From: an uncultured Candidatus Saccharibacteria bacterium
GTDB lineage: Bacteria; Patescibacteriota; JABMPQ01; JAQVVF01
Length of the DNA: 64,000 bases
Direction of reading: 5' to 3'
Assembly (NCBI GenBank): GCA_964574655.1
Contig: CAZNOH010000003.1
Coordinates: forward strand, 58,149 to 122,148
The position numbers and the translations under genes were made by a program. Below are positions 37,491 through 47,099 of this stretch, piece by piece. The notes below the pieces were generated by a model. The model saw nothing but the letters and a program-made list of their open reading frames with translations. It did not search any database and was not told the origin of the DNA. The first letter of the stretch is position 1. The number at the start of each line of letters is the position of its first letter.

Positions 37491-39332
37491 TTACCTACCA
37501 ATTACATAATATCTTTCTGAGAAATTAAACAGAGAATTCAGATAAATAGTGAAAGTATGATCTGTAGTATTCGGCGCAACCTGCAAATCTGCCCACTCCT
37601 TAGATTCAGAATTATAGTATTTCAAATATAAATCTTTCTCTTTCAGGCCTTTAACTTTTTTCTTCAAAACTTTAAATTCAGCCGTTGTATATTCAAAAAC
37701 TAATTTTAATCTAGTTTGTTTGTTTGACTTATATTTATTAAAATCAGTCGTCACTTTCCAATATTTTTTTAACAAATTATTTTTTGCATTCGCATAAAGC
37801 TTTGTATATTTCTTTTGTCTTTCTGCCAAAAAATATCTTTTAGTACTTTTAAATTTAGTTGGATATTTTTTAAAATTTAAATAATAATCCTTGCCATAAT
37901 ATTTTGTATTTTTTGTTTTAACTTTCACTTCATCGGTTTTTGTCGCTTTTTTGGTCACAAATTTTGGATTTCCGACATATTTAATAGCTTGTGAAACAAC
38001 TGCTGTCTCAGCATGCCAAGAATCTCTAAATTTTAGATAAATAGTTTTATTGCCTTTTTCCGAAGACAGTCTAAAAATTTTGTCCGCATTATAAGTCTCC
38101 CAAGACGCACCAACAAAATCGCTTTTCTCTGAAACAATCATTTCTGTTGGACTGCCTGTCAAAGAAGATTCAATACTAATGTTTCTATATGCGGAATAGC
38201 TTCGACCACTATTTATAGAAGTTGAAGAAACAGTTGGACCAGGAGTATAAGTATATTTCAAATCAGTTGGAGTTTTAAAATACGAAACATGTGTTTTATT
38301 ATTTGAATCAAGAAACAATGAAAATTGATTATAATAACCCAAAAGAATAGCCAAAGCAAAATTTCCAGATGTATCTAAAGTAGTATATGTCCATTGCCCG
38401 GAAAAATTAGTTGCATATTTTAATGTTAAACTTGTTAATTCATAATAAACAATTCGCACTGCATTATCACTGTCAACGCCGATAAAAGTATCATAACCTG
38501 ACTGATTAGAGGTATCTAAACTTGTTGCTACCCAAACTCCTGAAGAATTAGTAATGTATTTCAAATCAGCATTTGTTGCGTCAAGATAACTGATATGAAT
38601 TTTATCATTATTTCCAATTGCCAAAGACATAAAAGCGCCAACTGAATTAGAATTGTCTATAGTGCTAACAGACCAAGCACCACTTAAACTATTAGTTGCA
38701 TATTTTAAAGCAGTGTTAGTCACATCATAATAACCAATATGCACATTATTATTGCTATCTAGTGCAAGAGAACTATATTCTCCGACATTTCCATTGCTAT
38801 CTATCGTTATAATCACCCATGATCCAGAAACATTTGTTATATATTTTAAATCAAGATTCGTTGAATCATAATAGCTGATATAGGCCTTATTATTACTATC
38901 TAATCCCAAAGAAGTAATATTCGCCTGAAAAAGACCAACAGAAATAGTTCCAGAATTATCAATCGTCGTTACCACCCAAGATCCAGAAGAATTGGAAGCA
39001 TACTTTAAATTACTACTTGTATAATCAATGTAAGCAATATGAGCTTTATTATTGCTATCCATTTTGATTGATATTCCAAGACCAACATTCCCAACGCTAT
39101 CAATTGTTGTTGCTACCCAAGTGCCGCTTTCATTAGTAATATATTTCAAATCAGCATTAGCAGTATCATAATAAGCAATATGAACATAGCCATTATTATC
39201 AACTGCCACAGCATTCATAACACCAACATTGCCTGTATCCAATGTTGATGTTTGCCAATCCGCAGCCAAAACATTTTGACCAAAAATTAATAAACCAAAA
39301 ATAGCCACCAGAATTAATAATCCTTTTTTCAT
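37491..39332 (-). CDS. Secreted beta-propeller-type repeat protein (about 8 copies of a ~43-aa LKYATN repeat) with lysine-rich C-terminal domain
   Basis: Signal peptide. Repeats of the form NNxVHIAYYDxTNxxLKYATNxSGxWxxTTID. The C-terminal ~150 aa align with the C-terminus of the 175..1920 protein. Confidence 0.6.
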   Translation of the reverse strand: MKKGLLILVAIFGLLIFGQNVLAADWQTSTLDTGNVGVMNAVAVDNNGYVHIAYYDTANADLKYITNESGTWVATTIDSVGNVGLGISIKMDSNNKAHIAYIDYTSSNLKYASNSSGSWVVTTIDNSGTISVGLFQANITSLGLDSNNKAYISYYDSTNLDLKYITNVSGSWVIITIDSNGNVGEYSSLALDSNNNVHIGYYDVTNTALKYATNSLSGAWSVSTIDNSNSVGAFMSLAIGNNDKIHISYLDATNADLKYITNSSGVWVATSLDTSNQSGYDTFIGVDSDNAVRIVYYELTSLTLKYATNFSGQWTYTTLDTSGNFALAILLGYYNQFSLFLDSNNKTHVSYFKTPTDLKYTYTPGPTVSSTSINSGRSYSAYRNISIESSLTGSPTEMIVSEKSDFVGASWETYNADKIFRLSSEKGNKTIYLKFRDSWHAETAVVSQAIKYVGNPKFVTKKATKTDEVKVKTKNTKYYGKDYYLNFKKYPTKFKSTKRYFLAERQKKYTKLYANAKNNLLKKYWKVTTDFNKYKSNKQTRLKLVFEYTTAEFKVLKKKVKGLKEKDLYLKYYNSESKEWADLQVAPNTTDHTFTIYLNSLFNFSERYYVIGR

Positions 39333-39497
39333 AATTTTTAAATTTGTTTTTAAAACTTTTTAATTACTAATAATATAACACATTTCAAAGATTTTAACAA
39401 AAGCTATCCACTCCCAAAATTTACATTTATCTTAAAATAATGTATAATAAGATAAAGAAAAAGTTTTTATTAAAAACAAAAGTAAAGTTTATCCAAT

Positions 39498-40031
39498 ATG
39501 ACAAAAAAATCTTTTTTCGCGAGATTTTTACAATCCAAACAGGTCTCAGACAATCCAACGCCACCGAAGCCACCAGTCTCTCATTTACCAACTCCGCAAA
39601 CATCAAAACCAGAAGCCCAGCCAATTCAAGTTCAACAACAACAACCAGCAGAGCCTCAGACCCAAAATAATCAAGAAAGTGAAAATTATGAAGGCCAGCT
39701 GGCTATTGACGTTTTTCAAACTCCTCAAGAAATTGTTATTAAATCAACCATTGCTGGCGTCAATCCAGAAAATATTGACATCAATATTGATAACGACATG
39801 GTTACAATAAAAGGCGAAAGAAAAAACATCAACGAAGCAAAAGAAAATGATTATTATTACCAAGAATGCTACTGGGGCGCTTTTGCCAGATCTATAATTT
39901 TGCCAGAAGAGGTTGATGCTGATTCCTCAACGGCTGAATTAAAAAATGGCATCTTAACAATTCGCCTGCCAAAATTAAGCGCCATCAAAACCAAAAAAAT
40001 AGAAGTTAAAATGGCCAACGATCAAATTTAA
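39498..40031 (+). CDS. Hsp20/alpha-crystallin small heat-shock protein with Q/P-rich N-terminal extension
   Basis: GQLAIDVFQTPQEIVIKSTIAGVNPENIDINIDNDMVTIKGER ... GILTIRLPK is a typical ACD. Confidence 0.85.
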   Translation: MTKKSFFARFLQSKQVSDNPTPPKPPVSHLPTPQTSKPEAQPIQVQQQQPAEPQTQNNQESENYEGQLAIDVFQTPQEIVIKSTIAGVNPENIDINIDNDMVTIKGERKNINEAKENDYYYQECYWGAFARSIILPEEVDADSSTAELKNGILTIRLPKLSAIKTKKIEVKMANDQI

Positions 40032-40046
40032 AACAATAATATCTTG

Positions 40047-40079
40047 TAGGGGCACAAAATCTTGTGCCCCTGCTTTATT
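40047..40079. terminator. Rho-independent terminator (ggggcacaaaatcttgtgcccc + T-rich tail)
   Basis: Seen directly after the Hsp20 stop. Confidence 0.65.
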
Positions 40080-40158
40080 TATTTGCCAAAACAAGAATTC
40101 ATTGCTACAATAATTAATCCAAAAACACCCGCACCTTCCCAAAAAAAGGAGGAATTAA

Positions 40159-41250
40159 ATGCCACAAAGAAGCTATGAAAATAGTCAACCTATTGATACT
40201 TATACTTGGCAAGAATGCAAGGACTTAATTGATAGAGTAGCAAGAGATATCAAAAATAGTGGTTTCTCTCCCAATCAAGGATTTTGCATTGCCCGAGGCA
40301 GTGTAATTTTCGGTTATGGATTAGCAATCAAACTCGATATTCCTATGGCAATTCTAGCTGCTGAAAGTTACAGAGCCAAAGATCCTTCAGCCACGATAGA
40401 AAGTCCTTCTGCTGAAATTACATTCAGCCGAGAAATAGCTATCACTCAACAATTTATCGGCAATCGCGCTCTCTTGCTTGACGACTTGACAGAAAGAGGA
40501 TTAACGCTAGACCTTGGAAAAGATTTTATTCAATGCCGTTATCCCAATGAACCAGATGAAACAAATAGGATTGAAAAAATAAGAACTGCAACTATCTGGC
40601 ACAAAAATCTCTGCCAAGCACCAGATTTTTTTGCAAAGTCAGTCCAACCTGATGAACAAACCGGTCTTCTACCATACATTGTCCAACCGCACGAATTATT
40701 TGGCCCGCATGATCTAGAGAGAACGATCGAAATCTGTCCCATCCTCCCCAACGCAGATATTTTTAGAACCTGGGAACCTTACACAAATGATATTGTCAAA
40801 ATGGTACAGCTTGCAATTCAGTTAACTCACAAAAAAGGTATCAAAATCAATCAAATTATTGCCCTTACCTCCGGTGGAGTCATTCCAGGCATTCTTGCAA
40901 CAAGAATCTTGGATGCTTATTATGCAATTCTTGCTGCCAAAGATCTTTCAAGCTTGGGCATTCCAGATCATGTTCCATTTGCAAGAGACCTAGTCAAAAC
41001 CTCCAGAGTTCTAGGAAATCATGTTCTCGTTGTTGATGATCGCACTTGGACGCCAACCACTTTGCAACACAGCCTCAAATGGCTCAATAAACAATATGGC
41101 TGGGCCATCAAATCTTTGCATACCGCTGTTATCTATCAAGGCCCAAATGGTTTTCCTGTTGATATCGCAGTTCACAAAGTCCAACCACTCGCCAATGGCA
41201 AAATGCCAAATCTCACTCAACCAATGAAGTCCGAATTCCAGCCCCTCTAG
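40159..41250 (+). CDS. Protein with two tandem type-I phosphoribosyltransferase-like domains
   Basis: Two PRPP-binding-like motifs (ALLLDDLTERGLTLD and HVLVVDDRTWTPTTL). Strong AAGGAGG RBS and higher GC. Confidence 0.5.
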   Translation: MPQRSYENSQPIDTYTWQECKDLIDRVARDIKNSGFSPNQGFCIARGSVIFGYGLAIKLDIPMAILAAESYRAKDPSATIESPSAEITFSREIAITQQFIGNRALLLDDLTERGLTLDLGKDFIQCRYPNEPDETNRIEKIRTATIWHKNLCQAPDFFAKSVQPDEQTGLLPYIVQPHELFGPHDLERTIEICPILPNADIFRTWEPYTNDIVKMVQLAIQLTHKKGIKINQIIALTSGGVIPGILATRILDAYYAILAAKDLSSLGIPDHVPFARDLVKTSRVLGNHVLVVDDRTWTPTTLQHSLKWLNKQYGWAIKSLHTAVIYQGPNGFPVDIAVHKVQPLANGKMPNLTQPMKSEFQPL

Positions 41251-41271
41251 CAAGGAAGGAGAGAGAAAAGA

Positions 41272-42090
41272 ATGAAAAGAGCGCCAAAGCCTGAAGTATT
41301 GTTTCATCTCGCAGTAGACATCAATCAACCTTTCCCAAAAGACGTTTTGATCTGTGGCGATCCCAATCGAGTCAATTTAATGCTTGAAAAATTCTCTACC
41401 GGAACAATTGTCACTGATCCCAAAAAAGATCGAGGCCTAAGGATTGCTACTGGCACAATTGCCTGTCCTGAATTTCCAAAACATCCATTAGAAATTGCTG
41501 CCGTTGGTTGTGGCATGGGTGGACCGACAACTGCTATTGTTGTCGAAGAATTAATTCACCTTGATATTGAGCGTTGTATTAGAGTCGGAACTTGTGGGCT
41601 CTTGGACAAAAGACTGCAACTTCATGACCTTATTTTATCTCAAGCAGCCTATCGTGGCGATGCCACTGGCGATGACTATACTGGCTGTCTAGGCAAAGCT
41701 TTTCCTGCTGTTTCAAGTTATGAACTTCTAAAATACGCCGAACAAGCTGCCTGCCAGCTTCAATATCACTTTGCCATCGGTGTTACTGCTCAGATTGCTG
41801 GTTTTTATCCATTCAATTTTCCTGCTTATGCACTTGATGATACCAACACCAAGAAAAAACAAGCCTTGATTGACATGGATTGTCTGGCATTGTCTATGGA
41901 AGAAGACACAATTGATCTTCTTGCTCAATTGAGAAGAATCCTAGTATTGTCAATTCTTGCTGCGACTGACGTTGCTTATGAATGCCAAGAAAAACATATT
42001 GACGGACCAGGTGTTAACAATGCAATCGATACCGCAATTCAAACGCTCCTTAACATGCACATTTATAGACTAAGAAAAAAATTAGCCTAA
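41272..42090 (+). CDS. PNP/UDP-family nucleoside phosphorylase-like protein
   Basis: ILICGDPNRVNLM and RVGTCGLL motifs of the PNP_UDP_1 fold. GGAAGGAGAG RBS. Confidence 0.65.
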   Translation: MKRAPKPEVLFHLAVDINQPFPKDVLICGDPNRVNLMLEKFSTGTIVTDPKKDRGLRIATGTIACPEFPKHPLEIAAVGCGMGGPTTAIVVEELIHLDIERCIRVGTCGLLDKRLQLHDLILSQAAYRGDATGDDYTGCLGKAFPAVSSYELLKYAEQAACQLQYHFAIGVTAQIAGFYPFNFPAYALDDTNTKKKQALIDMDCLALSMEEDTIDLLAQLRRILVLSILAATDVAYECQEKHIDGPGVNNAIDTAIQTLLNMHIYRLRKKLA

Positions 42091-42116
42091 CAGAGTTTTA
42101 CTCTGTTTTTTATTCT
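42091..42116. terminator. Rho-independent terminator (cagagttttactctg + TTTTTT)
   Basis: Seen directly after the stop. Confidence 0.65.
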
Positions 42117-42225
42117 TTACAAATCAAAAAAATCTTGTTATATTATCACATTAAGATTTCAGTAATTTTTTTTAATTTTTACTTGGAACTTTTTACTTTT
42201 TAATTTTTACTTTTACCTTTTAATA

Positions 42226-42501
42226 ATGCAGACTATTAAAGTTATTTTAGACCGATTTTTTGACGATTCAGTTATTCTAATCACTGAATCTGGCAAACAA
42301 ATTTTATGGCCAAAAGAAAAGCTTCCAGAAGAAGCTGAACTCGGCCAGACTTTGCATTTAACTTTAAATTCTAACCAGCCAGCAAAAAATATTTCGGAAA
42401 ATAAATTAATTACTGCAGAATCAAAACAAGACCATATCAAAATCGCCAAAGCAATATTAGAAGAAATATTAAATGGCAGCGAACAAGAAAAAATAGAATA
42501 A
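42226..42501 (+). CDS. Hypothetical small protein
   Basis: ORF preceded by a dispersed TTTTTACTTTT motif copy. No motifs. Confidence 0.35.
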   Translation: MQTIKVILDRFFDDSVILITESGKQILWPKEKLPEEAELGQTLHLTLNSNQPAKNISENKLITAESKQDHIKIAKAILEEILNGSEQEKIE

Positions 42502-42523
42502 GATCAAGACAGGAGGAGAAAAA

Positions 42524-42895
42524 GTGGAACCGCAAGATGGAATTGAAATGTTTGATTTTTCTATAGATCCATCTCAAAGAAGAAAATGGGCAACCGGATT
42601 TTTTCTTGATCCAAAATCACCCCTTTTTTCTAAACATACAGAAATTTGCATTGGCACTCGTGATTCAAAATCACAACCAGAGCCTCTCCATTTTCATCAC
42701 GAAACTCAAGAATTCTATCTTGTTTTTTCTGGACAATTAACTCTCCAGATCCAAAATCAAAAGATAGATCTCTTGCCAATGCAATTGCTTGCTGTCTCGC
42801 CCACAATTCCTCACGCAATAATAGAAGCCACTGATAACACAAAATTTGTCGCCATCAAATCCCCTTCCAAACTCAATGACAAAGTCGTTCTTTAA
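42524..42895 (+). CDS. Cupin-domain protein (GTG start with GGAGGAG RBS)
   Basis: HFHHETQEFYLVFSG and PTIPHAI cupin motifs. Confidence 0.5.
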   Translation: MEPQDGIEMFDFSIDPSQRRKWATGFFLDPKSPLFSKHTEICIGTRDSKSQPEPLHFHHETQEFYLVFSGQLTLQIQNQKIDLLPMQLLAVSPTIPHAIIEATDNTKFVAIKSPSKLNDKVVL

Positions 42896-42911
42896 TTCTA
42901 TATTCATAGAA

Positions 42912-42938
42912 TTAAATCCTACATCCGTAGGATTTTTT
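42912..42938. terminator. Rho-independent terminator (atcctacatccgtaggat + T-run)
   Basis: Seen directly. Confidence 0.6.
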
Positions 42939-43010
42939 TTACCTGCCTGTCAATAGGCAGTTTCTCTATTCACAATTCTCTATTCACAATTCTCATGTTA
43001 AAATATATTA

Positions 43011-44759
43011 ATGCCCAAAAAAATAATCAAAACATTTTTAATTCTATTAATCATTTTCTTAACGACATTAAGTGTCTATTTAATTATTCTAAATTTTTAT
43101 TACAAAGATAAATTTTATCCAGGAACAACAATTGCAAATTTCAACGTTTCTGGAAAAACAAAAGAACAAACCATAAAATTTTTAAATAAAAAACTAGAAA
43201 AATTTAATAATGGCATTATTTTTCAGTCAAAAAATTACAACAAAAAAATCCAACCAGAACTTTTTGGCGTAGAAATTGATTTGGAAAAAACAATTAATCA
43301 AGCTTTCAATAAAACAAATTCTGGTCAAAAACATAGTCGCACTAAAAATATTGTCAGAACTTTAATCTTTAAAAATAATAATGATTTAATTTACTCAATT
43401 CTGCCAGTTAAATTAAGTAATTTTTATGATCAAGAACTTGTCCAGCTTAATCAAAAAAAGCAGGAAACAAATATCGCCTATCAAGATAATGATTTTAAAA
43501 TAGTTTTGGGCAAATCAGGCTATTCTCTAAATAAAGAATTCTTGACAAGTTTAATTAATAAACGCGTCAAAAATTTATCAACAACAGAAATCAAAATTCC
43601 ATTCCAAAAAATTAATCCTGTCAAAAATAAAAAAGAAATTTTCAAAGCCAAATTAGAAGCAAAAAATATAACCTCGCAAAATATACTTTTAGAATTAGAA
43701 AATAATCAATGGGAAATCAATCCAGAAATTCTAACATCTTGGGCTAATTTTGCCATGCAAAAAAGTCTTCAAAATAATCGTTTAAATTTAGAAAATAATT
43801 TAAGGTTGCAAGAAATTATTTTAAACGCTTTAGCCACAAAACAAAAGTCTTATCAATATAATCTCATTGCCTATTTTGACCGCCAAAAAATTGGCAATTA
43901 TTTATCAAAAAATATCGCGCCAACAATTAATCAAGCTCCTTTAAATATCCGCTTGCAAATGCAAAATAATAAACTAGTTGTCCTGTCGCCTGCCAAAAAA
44001 GGACGCGAATTATTAATCGAAGGCAATTTGAAAAACATTATTAGTAATATAAAAAAAGAAAACACAACAATAAAATTGATAACCAAATCATTAGGCGCTG
44101 AAATTAATGAAAAAAATATAGAATCTCTAGGCATTAAAGAATTGCTAGGCAAAGGCGAATCAAATTTTTCTGGAAGTCCAAAAAATAGAATCCAAAACAT
44201 TACTATCGCCTCCCAAAAATTAAATGGCATTTTAGTAAAACCAGACGAAGAATATTCATTAGTAGATAATTTAGGCGAGGTCAATGCTGAAGCTGGCTAT
44301 TTGCCAGAACTAGTCATCAAAGAAAACAAAACAATTCCAGAATACGGCGGAGGATTATGCCAAATTGCTACAACAAATTTTAGAACTGCTATAAACTCAG
44401 CTCTGCCAATTACAGAACGCCAATCACATTCCTATGCTGTCCAATATTACGATCCTCAAGGAACAGATGCCGCAATCTACATTCCACATCCTGATTTAAA
44501 ATTTCACAACAATACAAAAAATTACATCTTAATTCAAACTTCTATTTTTAACGATATCTTAACTTTTGAATTTTATGGAACCAAAGATGGCCGTTCTGTA
44601 AAATTTGAAGGCCCAGAATATTGGGATCAAAAACCTGACAAATCTTTTAAAGCAAAATATACACAAATAATTACCTATTCTGACAAATCAGAAAAAAAGT
44701 CAATCTTTTATAGCTTTTACGACAATCCAGACAAATACAAACACGAAAATCAACCATAA
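43011..44759 (+). CDS. VanW-family protein with N-terminal membrane anchor
   Basis: VanW core EYGGGLCQIATTNFRTAINSALPITERQSHSY. N-terminal TM. Confidence 0.75.
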   Translation: MPKKIIKTFLILLIIFLTTLSVYLIILNFYYKDKFYPGTTIANFNVSGKTKEQTIKFLNKKLEKFNNGIIFQSKNYNKKIQPELFGVEIDLEKTINQAFNKTNSGQKHSRTKNIVRTLIFKNNNDLIYSILPVKLSNFYDQELVQLNQKKQETNIAYQDNDFKIVLGKSGYSLNKEFLTSLINKRVKNLSTTEIKIPFQKINPVKNKKEIFKAKLEAKNITSQNILLELENNQWEINPEILTSWANFAMQKSLQNNRLNLENNLRLQEIILNALATKQKSYQYNLIAYFDRQKIGNYLSKNIAPTINQAPLNIRLQMQNNKLVVLSPAKKGRELLIEGNLKNIISNIKKENTTIKLITKSLGAEINEKNIESLGIKELLGKGESNFSGSPKNRIQNITIASQKLNGILVKPDEEYSLVDNLGEVNAEAGYLPELVIKENKTIPEYGGGLCQIATTNFRTAINSALPITERQSHSYAVQYYDPQGTDAAIYIPHPDLKFHNNTKNYILIQTSIFNDILTFEFYGTKDGRSVKFEGPEYWDQKPDKSFKAKYTQIITYSDKSEKKSIFYSFYDNPDKYKHENQP

Positions 44760-44777
44760 TTTTTGCCAAATAAAAAA

Positions 44778-44940
44778 CTGTAGGCTAAATGTCCAGCACC
44801 TTCTTCCTTGAATAAAACATTCTTTCAAATGCTTCAGGGAAAAAGGTGCTGGACGAAGTAACAATCCCAAGTGATTCAGTAGTAAAACACCACCGAATCC
44901 TTTCTGATTGTTCCTTATAAAAACTGCCTACAGATTTTTA
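44778..44940 (+). ncRNA. Candidate structured RNA (three-way junction closed by ctgtaggc/gcctacag helix, then T-run); identity unknown
   Basis: Long-range 8-bp closing helix. Internal hairpins tccagcacc...ggtgctgga and aacaatc...gattgtt. Ends in ATTTTT. Located between the VanW gene and ruvB. Confidence 0.25.
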
Positions 44941-45054
44941 TTCACGAATATTATTCATGAACAGTAAAACTTAACATAAGATATTCTCATTGTCAATACT
45001 TTTTGTTATAATGTCATAAATTGACCAAAATAATAAGCAACCAAAACTTTTTTC

Positions 45055-46080
45055 ATGATAAAAAATACATCTCCAAAAATCATTGCGCCAGAAGAAAAAC
45101 AAGAAGATAAAGCTCTTGATTTTACTTTACGTCCCAAAAAATTAGATGAATTTATCGGCCAAAACAAGCTAAAAGAAAACCTTAAAATTTTAATTCAAGC
45201 TGCAAAACAACGAAAAGAACAAATTGATCATTTGCTACTTTATGGCCCGCCAGGGACAGGAAAAACAACCCTTGCTAATATTATTGCCTGCGAAACTAAT
45301 GTCAACATTAGAATTACATCCGGCCCAGCTTTAGAAAAAACTGGCGATCTCGCTGCAATACTCACAAATTTACAAGATAATGATATTTTATTCATTGATG
45401 AAATTCATCGCATGAATAAAAACATTGAAGAAGTTTTATATCCTGCCATGGAAGACTATGCCTTAGACATTATTTTAGGCAAAGGTCCTTCTGCAAAAAC
45501 AGTCCGCCTAGATTTACCAAAATTTACATTAATTGGCGCGACTACAAGAATTGGCCTTTTATCCTCGCCTCTTCGTGATCGTTTTGGCGCAATTTATCAT
45601 TTAGATTTTTACGAAGACCATGAACTAGAAAAGATTGTTACTAGATCAGCAAATATTTTAAACATAAAAATTGAAAAATCTGGCTCGCAAGAAATAGCAA
45701 AAAGATCCAGAAAAACTCCACGCATTGCTAATAGATTGCTAAAACGTGTCCGCGATTTTTCACAAGTAAAATCAGATGGTACGATTACGATGGAAACAGC
45801 CAAACAAGCCTTAGCTTTATTAGAAATAGATAGTCTAGGATTAGATGCAGTTGACCGCAAAATTCTAAAAACTATAATCCAAAAATTCAACGGCGGGCCA
45901 GTAGGTGTTAAAACAATTTCTCAAGCAACTGCTGAAGAACAAGATACATTAGAAGAAGTTGTTGAACCATTCTTATTGCAACTTGGCTTTATAAATCGCA
46001 CTGCCAAAGGTCGAGAAACAACCAGTCTCGCTTATCAGCATCTTGGCCTAACTAATCTAAAAGATTGGAGTGAAAAATAA
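45055..46080 (+). CDS. ruvB: Holliday junction branch-migration ATPase RuvB
   Basis: [18 protein letters not shown] Walker A, DEIHRM Walker [16 protein letters not shown], full RuvB length. Confidence 0.9.
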   Translation: MIKNTSPKIIAPEEKQEDKALDFTLRPKKLDEFIGQNKLKENLKILIQAAKQRKEQIDHLLLYGPPGTGKTTLANIIACETNVNIRITSGPALEKTGDLAAILTNLQDNDILFIDEIHRMNKNIEEVLYPAMEDYALDIILGKGPSAKTVRLDLPKFTLIGATTRIGLLSSPLRDRFGAIYHLDFYEDHELEKIVTRSANILNIKIEKSGSQEIAKRSRKTPRIANRLLKRVRDFSQVKSDGTITMETAKQALALLEIDSLGLDAVDRKILKTIIQKFNGGPVGVKTISQATAEEQDTLEEVVEPFLLQLGFINRTAKGRETTSLAYQHLGLTNLKDWSEK

Positions 46081-46112
46081 TATTTTTACTTTTTAATTTT
46101 TACTTTTTTAAC

Positions 46113-46337
46113 ATGCCAATTTATATTATCTACATAATTTTCTACATTCTTCTCGCAATTTATATTATTGCTAGTTTTTTAGTTATTAACTATATTTATA
46201 AATACAAACATTTAGGTCCAGCTGTAAAATATATTATCCCAATGTATATTATTACCTCATTAATCATCGTAATAGTCGCAAATTTCTATATCATCAAAAC
46301 AGGCTTTTCAGAAATAATAACGCTAAACATTTTTTAA
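46113..46337 (+). CDS. Small hydrophobic membrane protein
   Basis: 74 aa, two predicted TM helices. Preceded by a dispersed motif copy. Confidence 0.35.
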   Translation: MPIYIIYIIFYILLAIYIIASFLVINYIYKYKHLGPAVKYIIPMYIITSLIIVIVANFYIIKTGFSEIITLNIF

Positions 46338-46342
46338 TTATC

Positions 46343-46861
46343 ATGCTAACTTTTACTCTCCATCCTGAAGAAAAATTAGTAATGCTTATTAGAAAGCACA
46401 AAATTTATTATCTAAAACATCTTCTTGTTTTAATATTTCTTTTCAGCTTACCAATCTTAGGCTACATTGCCCTAGCCTCTTTTTTTGAAAATTTATTTAA
46501 TCCTACTATCAGTACTTTATATATAATTTTGGGTTCAATATATTATCTTACTGCCCTCTTTTTTTCACTCCTCAGTTGGATGAATTATTATCTTGATGTC
46601 TGGCTCATAACAAATGAAAGAATAATCGAATACGAACAAAAAAGCCCTTTTCATCGAGAGACTTCCGAATTAATGTTAGAATCAATCGAAGATGTTTCTG
46701 TCAGAATAGAAGGCATATTTCCTTCATTAATCAAATCCGGAAATGTCTATGTTCAAACAGCTGGCCAAGCAGAAAGATTCATTTTTGTTGATGCGCCAAA
46801 TCCAGAGGTAATAAAAGAAACAATAATCAAACTCACTCATCAATCAATTCATCAAAAATAA
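46343..46861 (+). CDS. Membrane-anchored bacterial PH-domain protein (bPH_2/YdbS-like)
   Basis: Two N-terminal TM helices followed by YYLDVWLITNERIIEYEQKS...GNVYVQTAG, typical of DUF304/bPH_2. Confidence 0.5.
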   Translation: MLTFTLHPEEKLVMLIRKHKIYYLKHLLVLIFLFSLPILGYIALASFFENLFNPTISTLYIILGSIYYLTALFFSLLSWMNYYLDVWLITNERIIEYEQKSPFHRETSELMLESIEDVSVRIEGIFPSLIKSGNVYVQTAGQAERFIFVDAPNPEVIKETIIKLTHQSIHQK

Positions 46862-46950
46862 TTTACGCATAAATAAAATAAGCCTTGAAAATATTCAAGG
46901 CTTTTGTTATATTTATATGCAAAATTGACATTGTCATTCCGAAGCCTCAA

Positions 46951-46976
46951 CCGCCTGCCTACCGGCAGGCAGGTGT
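46951..46976. repeat. GC-rich palindrome CGCCTGCCTACCGGCAGGCAGGTG, copy 2
   Basis: Near-identical to 27139-27164. Lies ~125 bp left of the GC-rich island. Confidence 0.5.
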
Positions 46977-47099
46977 CTAATCAATTTCAAATTATAAATT
47001 ATAAAATTAGTTATTAAAAATTGATTAGTAATTAGATATTAGTAATTTTTAGCCATAAAAAAAGACTCCGGTCAACACGACACGAAGTCTAAAACAAAG

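Noticed and set aside
44778-44940. SRP RNA / 6S RNA identity for the structured intergenic element
   Set aside because: No match to the conserved SRP domain IV motif (GGAAGGAAGCAGCC-like). The fold is a three-way junction, not the long interrupted hairpin of 6S. Kept only as an unclassified candidate.
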